Assembly (NCBI GenBank): GCA_963813715.1 | Contig: CAWFAK010000005.1 | Span: 576,001-640,000 of the forward strand | Direction: 5' to 3' | DNA from: an uncultured Planctomycetaceae bacterium | GTDB taxonomy: Bacteria > Planctomycetota > Planctomycetia > Planctomycetales > Planctomycetaceae | DNA: 64,000 nt | Shown here: piece by piece, positions 1 through 11,200 of the stretch | Layout: each line of letters opens with the position of its first letter | Numbering within the stretch: position 1 is the stretch's first letter | Made by a program: the position numbers and the translations under genes | The notes under the pieces: model-generated | Told to the model about the DNA's origin: nothing | Databases searched by the model: none | What the model saw: the letters and a program-made list of their open reading frames with translations, nothing else

Positions 1-2803
1 AGATCAACGCCCACGTCGTTGTTGTCGGTCCCGCCGGCCCGGGCCGGGCTGTCGCTCGGCAGCTCGAAGTCGTTCTTGCGAATCGAAGCGAACGACTTGC
101 CCTGCCACGTGTGCGCCCAGGAGATGGTGCCCGCGTTCGAGTCGTTCTCGTTGTCCCCCAGCAAGTGCTTCCAACTCTCGAAATTGAGCGGCATGGCCGA
201 CGAGTCGCCGCCGGACGCACTCACCGACCAGTACGACGAAAACCGATCGTAGAAGTTGTGCGTTCCTTCCCAGCGGATGAGCCGCGGGAAGTCTTCTTCT
301 TTCGTTCGTCCCGTCAGCAGAATCAGCGGAGTTTGAGAACTCGACGCGAAGACATTGTTACCGGCCGTCACATCGAGCGGGACGAGTGTGCGGGGAACGT
401 CGCCGGCGTCCAGTTGAAGCAGGCCGCCGCCAAGGAAGCACGAGAGATGCTCCATCCGCAGCGCGATCCGTCGCATTTCAGTGGAAGAATTCTCGTCGCC
501 CAAATTCGAGACGAAGGCTCCCTGCAACGCCACGGCCGACTCCCGACAAACGATGCGGCCCCCCTCAGTCGTGCGCAGTGCAAAGAGGGCGCAGCTGCCG
601 CGGATCAGGCAACGCTCGAGCTCGATCTCAAACTCCGGCGGTGCGCCCATCGGGTTGGGTTGGCGGGACGGCATGGGCGTGTTGGAAGAGATGTCGACCA
701 CCTCCGCCTGCCGGTTGCCCGGGTTGGTGACGGTGATATTCACGTTGCGACAGGTCAGCCGATCGGGACCGCCGAAGGAAAACAGCGACCAGTGATCAGA
801 GTTCGTGGCGTCGGGGACGGTGGCTTGCACGTCGACGTCGAAGAGGTCGAGCCGCGCATTGTTGAGCGCGATCATCCGCCCCTCGAACCCGGTCGCCGGC
901 AATTCGCGGGGCGAGAATGAAATCACCGGGTGATAGCCGCGCCCGCGCGAATCGTCACGCGCTTGCCCGAGATGCGGAACGGCTTTTCCGAAACGGCACG
1001 GATGCCGTTGAACTTCAGCTCGATCGTGCCGCCATCTTTGGCGTCGGCAACGGCCGCCTCGAGCGTGATATAGGGGGTGGGTACCTCGCCGCCATCCGAA
1101 ATGGAGATTTGTGCCGCCGAGTCGTCCGCCGCGATCGGGTTGGTTTTCAGGTTGTTGCCGTTGGCCGCCACCGGAGTCGGCGTGTCCGGCATGGGCGGAG
1201 CCGTCGACGGTTTTTCAGGCTTTGGACTTGGGGTTGGCGTCTCGGTGCGGGCGGTGGATCCGTTTGTCGCCCCGGGCACGAGCGTGCCGCCAGGCGGGTC
1301 AAAAGCCGCCTCCGGCTCCATCGGCGGGAAATCGAGCGGAGCGATCTCCGCGCAGCATCCTTCGCGACGAGTCCCTTCGCGCCCACTGGCCCGTTCACGG
1401 GAGCGGAAGCCGGCGGTCCACTGTTTCCCGTGATTGCCGGCGGCTGACTGGACGTGGCCGGCCCTGTCGACTTCGTCGGTTCGTCCGGCAGATCGATATT
1501 GTCCGGCGGCGCGCTGAAGGCGATTGGCTTGTGCTCGTTTGTGCCGCGCGGCTGCGGGGGAAATCGGTCGATCAGGAACGCGACGAGCGCGAGCACGGCG
1601 ATGCCCGCGATCCAGACTACGTTTCGCTCGATGACTGATCGCTGCTGCGGGACGTGCGAGGTCCAGACGAGCCCTTCGGGATTCACGCCGCGCAAACCCA
1701 TCTCGGCAGCGATCGGCAGCAATTCGCGGATCAGCTCGTCCGGCGTGGCGATGCGGTCGCGCGGATCGGGGGCCATCATACGGCGGACGATCGCGGAAAG
1801 TTGCGGCGAAATGCGGGCGTTCTTGGCAGCCGGATCGGGAACGTCCTTCGCCTGGTGATCCAGCAGCTTTTGCAGCACGGTCCCCTCCGGATAGGGAGGC
1901 GTGCCGGTCAGCATGTGGTAGACGGTGCAGCCCAGCGAATAAATGTCGCTGCGAACGTCGACGTTCCGCGGATCCTTCGCCTGCTCCGGCGAGATGTAAT
2001 CAAACGTGCCGAGCGTCGTGCCGGCGATCGTCAGGTCGCCGAACGATTCGGAGGCAACCTTCTTCGCCAGTCCAAGGTCGACGAGCTTCGCCCGGCCGCG
2101 GGGCGTGATGATGATGTTCGAGGGCTTGATGTCCCGATGCACGACGCCCGCCGCGGACGTATGCCTGAGAGCCGCGGCCAGCTGCAGCGTGTAGTTGACG
2201 GCCTCGCGCGGATCGAGAGCACCGTGATCGCGAATGATATCACGGATTGTGCGGCCGGTGACGAACTCGTGCGCGATGAAGTTGAGTCCGCGATCTTCGC
2301 CGACGTAATAGACGCGAGCGATATTGTCGTGATCGAGCCGTGCCGCGGCCCGCGCTTCGTTGAGAAATCGCTGGATCGAACCGCCGTCGCGGCTGAGCGA
2401 CGGGGACAAGACCTTCGAGCGCGACAACGCGATCGAGGCGCTCGTCGACCGCGCGAAAGACGGCCCCCATGCCGCCGGCGCCGATCGTCCCTTCAATCCG
2501 AAAGTGACCGAGGCTGCAACCAACGGCCGTCGGCGCACCTTCAGCCGGCGGCGCATCCCTCGGGAACAGGCGCGACCAGAGCGAGGAATCCTCGGTTCGG
2601 GGTGTGACGTTTGAATCACCCGTCGTCCCGCGCCGCTCCGGATTCACGACCGTCTGCGGGCCGTCAAATTCAATCGGGGACTGCGCGATGGGCGGGTGCG
2701 AGCCGGACGGGCCAGATGCTCGGGGCGCGCCCGAATGGGCAGAGCCCGGCTCGCCGGACCGGCCTGATAAAGACGATCCGCCGGTGGTCGGATAGTCACT
2801 CAT
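1..2803 (-). CDS. Membrane Ser/Thr protein kinase (Hanks type) with long extracytoplasmic C-terminus; frameshifted; 3' end runs off the window
   Basis: ATG 2803. GAGGMGAVFRA-VAL (ORF 2240..2803) shifts at ~2415 into KVL...HRDIKPSN...DLGLAK...GTFDYISPEQ (ORF 1147..2619), then a TM segment (VVWIAGIAVLALVAFLI). Further shifts at ~1350 and ~920 lead into a Pro-rich linker and TLEAAVADAKDGGTIEL. Confidence 0.9.
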
Positions 2804-3281
2804 GGACGGCTGAATCTCGGCCTAGGAAACAGGATTCCATCCCTGTCGACAACCGAAGCGATGCGGCGTGTTTCGCCATCTTCCGCGGTCGTTTCCAACC
2901 GCATCGCCGTCGAGTGCAGATTGTTGGCGTGACGTCTTGCCGCGTTCGTCGCGGCCGAAACGCCGGCTGACAATCCGACTCATTTCTTCGCGGCCACCGC
3001 CCGAGCGAGAGCTGCCGAAGCGCGTGCCGTCTCGATGGGAAAATTTTGACAGGAGTCGCCGGAACTCGCCTGAAAACCCGAGCACCGGCTACACCATTAG
3101 GTTAAGTGACCCGAGGCCGGCTGACAAGAGGCAATGAGGCCCGGCCGCGCTTTTTGGACGTTTCCGACACGCATCGAATCCGAACATTTGGTCGTGCGTG
3201 GATCCCTGGCGAGCGATGAGCGTAAGCTGGCCGCTGCATTGCGTCACCGTCGCGATCGCTCATTGCCATAAACTCGACGTC

Positions 3282-4961
3282 ATGCCAACCGCGGATCAAC
3301 GATTCAAAATGAAATGGTGGGGCTGGGGATCGGAACAGATCCGCAAGGAGCTGCCTCACTCCGCCGCCACGCGGGACTATCTCCGCGCAAAGCTGGGAAT
3401 CGAAGAGTTCGCGCGCGCAGCGAATTCAAACTCGACGCACTGCGACTGCCCGAGAGCCGCGCGGACCAGCGCTGGTCGCGCACCTCGGCGCGATCGTCGG
3501 CGCGGAGAACTGCCGCATCGATCATCGGGAGCGGGCGCTGCACGCGCTCGGCAAGAGTTACAAGGATCTCCTGCGCGTCCGCCAGCTCGTGCTCGAGCGC
3601 AGCTCCCGACGCCGTCGTCTATCCCCGTAGCGAAGCCGAGGTCGCGGCCCTGCTCGCCTGCTGCCGGGAGCTGCAAGCCGCTGTCGTGCCTTTCGGCGGC
3701 GGAACCAGCGTGGTCGGCGGCGTCGAGGCCGAAGCGGGCGCGCAACGCGTCGTCGTGACGATCGATCTGGCCTTGCTCAATCGCGTGCTGGCGATCGACG
3801 AGGTCTCGCAAACGGCGACCGTCGAGGCAGGAATCTTCGGCCCCGAACTGGAATCGCGGCTGGGCGAACGGGGCTTCACGCTGGGCCATTATCCGCAATC
3901 ATTCGAGTTCTCCACGCTCGGCGGCTGGATCGCCACTCGCTCGAGCGGCCAGAATTCGCTGGCCTACGGCGGCATCGAAAAACTTGTCGAAAGTCTCCGC
4001 GATGGTGACGCCACAGGGCACAGTCGAAACGCTGCACGTCCCCCGCCGCGCCGACGGTCCTGACGTCGGCCAGATGCTGATTGGTTCGGAGGGAGTCTAC
4101 GGCGTGATCGTTTCGGCGACGGTGCGGATTCGTCGCGCACCGGCTCGAGCGCGACTATTTCATGTACGCGTTCAAGGACTTTGCCGACGGCGTCACCATC
4201 GCCCGCCAGCTCGTCCAACGCGGCGCGGCGCCTGCCCTCGTGCGTGTCTCCGACGAAGAGGAGACGGCCGCTTCGCTCGCGCTGGGCAGTCGCGGCGGGG
4301 GGACCGGATGGCGAAATGCCGTCCGGCGGATCGCGCGAAAAGCCATCGAGTGGCGGCTCGAACGGTTGGGCATCCGGCCGCCGGCCATGTCCACGCTGCT
4401 GGTCGGCCTGGAGGGAACGCTCGACGAAAACCGCCGGCAGCGGCGACTGGTGCACGCCGCTCTGCGCGGTGCGTCGTGCGTCAATCTGGGGCGGACCCTA
4501 GGTCATCGGTGGCTCGAGACGCGCTTCGATCTGCCTTACCTCCGCGATGAGCTGATGGATAACCATCTGCTGGTCGACACGCTCGAAACGGCGACCACTT
4601 GGAATCGGTTGTTCGCGTTGTATGCGGCCGTCCACGAAGCAATCCATCGGGCGGCGGCGCAAGAGGGGGAACCGATCGTCGTCTTCACGCACGTCTCGCA
4701 TCTGTATCGCGACGGCGCCTCGCTCTACTTTTCGTTGCTCGGCCGGCAGAAACGAGCCGACCCGATCGGCCAATGGTGGACGATCAAACGCGCCGCGGGC
4801 GACGCGATTCGGGCGCAGGGGGCCGTGATTAGCCATCATCACGGAGTCGGGCAGGACCACCGCGCGAAACGGGCCGCGGGCCTGTCGAGCAGCAAATGCT
4901 CGCCCAATTGAAAGCGACCCTCGACCCGGACGGCATGATGAATCCGGGCAAGCTGCTATGA
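3282..4961 (+). CDS. FAD-binding oxidoreductase, alkyl-dihydroxyacetonephosphate synthase-like; frameshifted
   Basis: KWWGWG, VVPFGGGTSVVGG, GHYPQSFEFSTLGGWIATRSSGQ, GSEGVYGVI, HVSHLYRDGASLYF, SHHHGVG and DPDGMMNPGKL, spread over ORFs 3198/3314/3984/4162. Confidence 0.85.
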
Positions 4962-6508
4962 GCCGCCGCCGCGCCGACATCCTCGCCGGCCTGCCCGAGG
5001 CGAGTTACGACGTGCTCGATCGTCGGCGGGGGAATCACCGGAGCGGGCATCGTGCGGGACGCCGCGGGCCGCGGACTGCGGTGCCTGCTGGTCGATAAGG
5101 GTGATTTTGCCTCGGGGACCAGCTCGAAGTCGGGCAAACTGGTGCATGGCGGCCTGCGCTACTTGAAATATCGGCAGTGGCGGCTCGTGCTCGAGGCGTG
5201 CCGCGAGCGCTGGCTGCTGCAGACGAAGATTGCCCCGCACCTGGTGCGGCCCATTCGCTTCGTCGTCCCTTGCTACGCGACGAGCCGCACGCCCCGCTGG
5301 ATGCTGGCGCTGGGGCTGGTCGCCTACGAGCTGTTGGCCCTGGGCCGCAACGCAGGTCATTTCCGAATGCTTTCGCCGCGTCAGTTGGCCGAAGCGGAGC
5401 CGGACCTGGACCAGGGCGACTGCCGCGGCGGCGTCGCGTATTTCGATTGCGCGTGCCTCGACTTTCGGCTGGTGATCGACACGCTGAAGTCGGCCGAAGA
5501 AGACGGGGCCGATCTGCTCAACTATGTCGAGTTGTGCGGAGCGCCGGCAGCGGGAGCCGCGGGCCACTTCGAATCGAGCGTCCGCAACGTGCTCACCGGC
5601 ACGTCGCATCGCGTGCGCAGTCGGGCTGTGATCAACGCGGCCGGGCCGTGGGCCGACGACGTGCAAGCCCGCCTCGGCGTCGGCGAGCGTTTCGGACTGA
5701 AACTGGCGATCGGCGTGCACCTGGTCGTGGCGCGCGAGCGACTGCCGGTGAACAATACCGTCGCGCTGGAGATCCCCGCCGACGGACGGATGATCTATGC
5801 GGCTCCCTGGGATCAGCACGTGCTCGTCGGCACGACCGATACCTTCTATGCGGGAAGCTTGGACCGCCTGCCCGTGACGACCGATGCCGTCGACTATCTG
5901 TTAGCGGGGGTCAACCGCTACTTCCCCACGGCGCGGCTGACGAACGACGACATTTTGCGAACGTTTGTCGGCGCGGCCCCTGCTGGGCGGTGAAGAGGAA
6001 GCTTCCGAAGACGCTGTCTCGCGCGACGATCGCGTGCTCAACCCGGCTCCCGGCATCTGGGCGATCACAGGCGGGAAATTGACGACCTATCGTGCGATGG
6101 CCAAGCGACTGGTCGATGGCCTCGTGCGCGAGAGCTTTGCCGACCGTCCGCTCCGCGCCTGCTCGACGACCGCGCCTCTGCCAAGCGCGAGAGATCCTTC
6201 CGGGAGACGCCTCGCCCGTCCTGCGAGATTTGTGGAGCCGCTACGGCGCCGCAGCCCGCTCGATCGAACGCTTGGCTAACGAGCCCGAATTGTCGGAGCG
6301 GATCGATCCCGGCGCGCCATTTGTTTGGGCCGAAGTCGAGCACGCTCTCGACCACGAATGGGTCGAGCGTTTGGACGACCTGCTCGATCGGCGGTTGGGG
6401 GCCTTCTTGCTGGCTCCCGAGTGTGACCTGCGACCCATCATTGCGCGTTGGCTGGAGGCCCGAGGCCATCACGTCCAATCGGCTCCGGAACCTGTCCCAC
6501 ACTTCTAA
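4958..6508 (+). CDS. glpD: FAD-dependent glycerol-3-phosphate dehydrogenase/oxidase; frameshifted
   Basis: ATGA overlap with the upstream stop. Motifs GGGITGAG, DFASGTSSKSGKLVHGGLRYL, VINAAGPW, VGTTD, ITGGKLTTYRAMA, LDDLLDRR. Confidence 0.85.
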
Positions 6509-6692
6509 CGCCCTTCACGTGGCCGTCCGCAACCCCTTCCGGTCCGTTCCCGCCCGGGCTGTTTTCTCCAAGATGACAGAATTTTAGGAAAAACGCGCGC
6601 ACCAGGCGGTGACGGGCCGGGCTTGTTCTTCCGGAGAGGGGCACGAGCTCTTCTGGTCGATGGCTCAATACAATAAGGGGAGAGACGTGGCG

Positions 6693-7387
6693 ATGAAACG
6701 GGCTTGGCTGCTGAGAGTAGGCGCGGGAATGGTGCTGGGATTGGTGGTGATCGGTCAGACCGAAGGCTATGCCGGCCATGGGCATAGCGGCGGAACACAC
6801 GCCGCCAAGGAGACGCACGAGGCGCCCAAGCATAACAGCAAGCCGGCGCCGCACCCCGCGCCAAACCGCCGTCAAAATCCCCTTCCAAGCCTCAGTCGAA
6901 AGCCCCGAAACCGCTGCCGAAGCCCAGTGTGCACAACCAGGAGCATTCGCATTCCAACGCGGCCGAGCATTCCTCGAATCTCAAGCATCCCAACGCGATT
7001 ACCTCGAATCCGAACAGCCAGAAAACGGCCAAAAACGAGACGACTCACCACGAGGAACATCACGACGGCCACCACCACCATTGGGATCATGAACGGCACT
7101 GGCATGGGCATCACCTTTACTGGTCTGGCAGCAGCTGGGTGGACGTGGCCAACGGGCAACCGGTCGTGGCCGCCGATCTGACTCCTCCCGTCGAGGCAGC
7201 CGGCGCGCCGCTCATGGACGTGGGCCCGGTACCGGTCGCCGTCGGTGCCGGCCGGCCGCAGGTCCAGTTCAACGTCGATTCCTCGGAGCGCGATTCGTAC
7301 GACGCGGCCGCTCAGGCCGCCGGAATGTCCCGCGAGGATTGGATGCGCAGCCGTTTGAACTCGGCAGCGCACAATGAACTCAGATAG
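6693..7387 (+). CDS. Secreted His/Pro/Lys-rich protein with RHH-like C-terminus; one frameshift at ~6865
   Basis: Signal peptide MKRAWLLRVGAGMVLGLVVIGQTEGYA, then a PK-rich tract, HHEEHHDGHHHHWDHERHWHGHH, and C-terminal QVQFNVDSSERDSYDAAAQAAGMSREDWMRSRLNSAA. Confidence 0.65.
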
Positions 7388-7610
7388 CGGGGCAACCCTT
7401 GTTCCCTCGTGAATCGACAAAAAACTGACCGCATCGATCTAATCGCAACAGTGGCCCCTGATTCGAGTCGATCGCTATGAGCCAGACCCCGAGCGCGCTG
7501 ATACCGAAAACGCTGGAAACTGAGCACTCATTCCCGCAGAATCAGGGCTATCGAGATGCGGACATGCGTACCGGTCTCAGTTCGCCTCTCCCTGCACTGG
7601 CCCACGCGCG

Positions 7611-8207
7611 ATGGATTCCGACGCCGACACAGACGCCGTCAGTCGCGAGTTGCTGGCCCGCGCCTGCGCGGGCGACCGGGAGGCGCTTGGGGAATTGCTC
7701 GAGCACAATCGCGATTACCTGCGCCACCTCGCCGACCGCCTGCTCGACGATCGCATGGCTCGCCGGATCGATGCGTCCGACGTTGTGCAGCAAACCTGCT
7801 TGTCGGTCCATAAGCAGATCGGCGAATTCGTCGGCCAGGATGCGGCCCAGTTTGCCGCCTGGCTGCGACAGATTCACGAACGGAACATTCGTAACGCCGT
7901 GCGGGATCAGCTCCACACCGAGAAGCGGGCCATCACGCGCGAGGAACGACTGCCCGACGGCGAGGATCACGCCATCCGCCAAACTACGCCCAGCCAACAC
8001 GTCGTGCGTCGCGAAGAGTCGGTCCGCCTGGCAAACGCCATCGGACAACTTGTCGAAGATGAGCGCGAGGCGCTGCGCCGGCGCTACCTCGAAGGGCAGT
8101 CTGTTGCCGAAATTGCCGCGGCCATGGATCTTTCCAAAGACGCATTGGCTCGCCTCTTCAAGCGAGCCATGAAAAATGCGAAGCGGCACCTGCGTGATGA
8201 CGGTTAG
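7611..8207 (+). CDS. ECF RNA polymerase sigma-70 factor
   Basis: GDREALGELL, RIDASDVVQQT, FAAWLRQI, TPSQ, and region 4 REALRRRYLEGQSVAEIAAAMDLS. Confidence 0.9.
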   Translation: MDSDADTDAVSRELLARACAGDREALGELLEHNRDYLRHLADRLLDDRMARRIDASDVVQQTCLSVHKQIGEFVGQDAAQFAAWLRQIHERNIRNAVRDQLHTEKRAITREERLPDGEDHAIRQTTPSQHVVRREESVRLANAIGQLVEDEREALRRRYLEGQSVAEIAAAMDLSKDALARLFKRAMKNAKRHLRDDG

Positions 8208-8246
8208 CGGACAACGCAAGATTCTTTTGGCGGCAAGGCCCGTCCC

Positions 8247-11200
8247 GTGGATGATCCCTCTCGACCTGTCGACTCCTCTGTGCCCGCCGAAGGGCACGAT
8301 TCGCGGGTCGACGCCGCTCTGCACGACTACATGGAGCGCGTCGATCGGGGCGAAGCGCTCGATACCGAGAAGTTTGTCGGCGAGCATCCGGAAATTGCCG
8401 GCGAGTTGCGGTCGCTGATCGACGCGGAAATTCAGCTCCGTAAGTTTGCCAAGGCCGCCGGCCCAGCTAGTCCACCCGACGATTCGACGCGTTCCTTCGC
8501 GCTACACGGGCAGGAAACGATTGCTCCGCAGGCCGGCTTGAATCGCGGCGACGCAGCGGAACAAAGCCGCCGTCTCAAAGATCAATTCGGCCGCTACCGG
8601 ATCGTGCCGCGTACTGGGCCAGGGGGCGATGGGCACCGTCTACCTGGCCGAGGACACGCAGCTCAAGCGGCAAGTCGCCCTCAAGACGCCGCACTTCGAC
8701 AAGGACCCCACCGGCGAACTGCTCGAGCGGCTGTATCGTGAAGCCCGGGCCGCCGCCACGTTGCGACATCCCAATATCTGCCCCGTTTATGACGTGGGCG
8801 AAATCGAAGGCACGCACTACATCTCGATGGCCTACATCGAGGGGCATCCGCTCTCGGCCTTTATCCGCGCGAACAAGCCGCAGCCCGAACGGCAGGTGCT
8901 GATCGTCGTCCGCAAACTGGCGCAGGCCCTGCAGGAAGCCCACGACCTGAAGGTCGTGCACCGCGATCTGAAGCCGGCCAACATCATGGTCGACAAGCGG
9001 GGCGAGCCGCTGATCATGGATTTTGGACTTGCCCGCCACACGCGTCCCGACGACGACGTGCGGCTGACGCACAGCGGCACCCTGGTCGGCACGCCCGCCT
9101 ACATGTCGCCCGAGCAAATTGACGCAGACTCGACGAAGATCGGTCCACTCACCGATCAATACAGCCTGGGCGTCATTCTGTTCGAGCTGCTCACCGGCCA
9201 GCTGCCGTTCCGCGGCTCGATGATGGCCGTGCTGGGACAGATCGTCACCAAAGCGCCGCCGTCGCCCAGCGGGCTGCGGCCGGATCTCGATCCGCGGATC
9301 GAGGCCGTCTGCCTCAAGATGATGGCCAAGAAGCCCGAAGACCGTTTGACTTCGCTCTCCGCGGTGGCCGACGAGCTGGCGGCCATTCTGCGAAATCCCG
9401 GCACTCGCCCGGCGTCCGCCGGCAAAGCGGCCTCCGGACTGACGCCAAATCCGGACGGGGAAACAGCGTCGGCCGCCGGCGCGGGCTCGTCCAAGATTCT
9501 CAAATCGGCGGCGGTCAAATCTCAGATCCTCAAGACAGCGGTGCAAAAGACGCTGACAGCCGCCGACCTGACCTCGCTCGAAGAACTGGCGCGGAAGTGC
9601 TGGACGCGGCACGACTACGACCAGGTGATTCAGATCGCCGAGCGCATCCCCGAGTCGAAGCGGAGCGAGAGCCTCAACTCGCTTATGGAAAAGGCTCGCG
9701 CCAAGACCGACGAAATTGCCTTCTTGCTCGTCGACATCGACGAGGCGGTGCGGCTCGAGGACCGTCGGACCGCTCTCAAGAAGGCGGAGGCATTGCTGGT
9801 CGTTAAGCCGGGCCATCGGCGAGCGCTCGAAGTTCAAGAGCGCTATAGCGGTGTGGGAGCCAGCGGGATCGTCCGCCTGAGCCCTCGGAACCTCGCACAA
9901 GCCTGGAATGAGGGAGGCTGGGTCCCCTGGAGCGTGCTCGCGTTTGGCCTGGCCGTCGTCGGCGTGATGTCCGGCGTCATCATCTGGTGGGTCAACCGAA
10001 CGGTCATCATCATCGACTCCAATGCCCCCGGAATTACCGTCGCGATCAAAGGCCAAAAAGCGTTCATCACCGCGGAGGGCACCAAGAAGATCGTGGTCGA
10101 GCCGGGCGACCAAGAGATTAAAGTCAGTTACGAGGGGCTCGAAACCGTCACCCGCGAGTTCTTTCTCAAGAAGGGCGATTCCAAGATCCTGATTGTCAAA
10201 GTCGGCGACAAAGGGCTGTTGGCCTATCTGCAGAACGAGCAGGCGCCCGACAAGGCCAAGACCGACGTCGCGCAGAAGGGCGGTGCCGGTGCCTCCTCAG
10301 AGAGTCCGCCGCCAACGCTGGCGATGATTGGCGCGGCCAAGGGTCCGCGGCCGGCGTCGCTCGCCGCTCCCTTCCAAGTTGACGATGCCCAGAGCGCTCG
10401 GCAGAAGTGGGCCGACTATCTGCAAGAGCCGGCCGAAACCACCAACACGCTCGGCATGAAGTTCGTCCTGATTCCCCCGGGCGAATTCTTGATGGGGACG
10501 CCCGCCGACAGATTCGGCAGCGCCCAGGAGAAGCCGCAACACCGGGTGCGGATCACGCGACCCTACTATCTCGACACGCACGAAGTGACGCGCGGAGAGT
10601 TCTCGCAGTTCGTCGCCGCCAGTGGATACAAGACCGAGGCGGAGCGCGATGGCGGCCGTGCAGCCACCTTCAACGCCAAAGGCGACCTGCACGAGGACCA
10701 GAACGCCGGCTGGAAGAATCCGGGCTTCGAGCAGACCGACGTCCACCCCGTGGTGATCGTCTCCTGGAACGACGCTGCCGCCTTCTGTCGCTGGCTCAGC
10801 GAGAAGGAAGGCGCAACGTATCGGCTGCCGACCGAGGCGGAATGGGAATACGCCTGCCGCGCCGGAACCATCACGGCCTACACCACCGGCAGCCATGTGC
10901 CCGACTTGTTCAAGGCCGGCAACGGACTCGGACAAGAATTTCGCGATCACTTTCATCAAAAGGGGGACGATCAGCGTCCCAACGACGGCTTCGTCTTCAC
11001 GGCGCCGGTCGGCTCGTTCCCGGCAAACTCGTTCGGCCTGTTCGACATGCACGGCAACGCTTGGGAATGGTGCCAGGATTGGTTCGGCGGCAACTATTCA
11101 CCAGAGACGGCCGTCGACCCGACGGGCGCGGAAACCGGCACCAAGCGCGTTGCGCGGGGCGGCGGATTCGATTGTGGACTCTCCGCCCGATCGGCAACCC

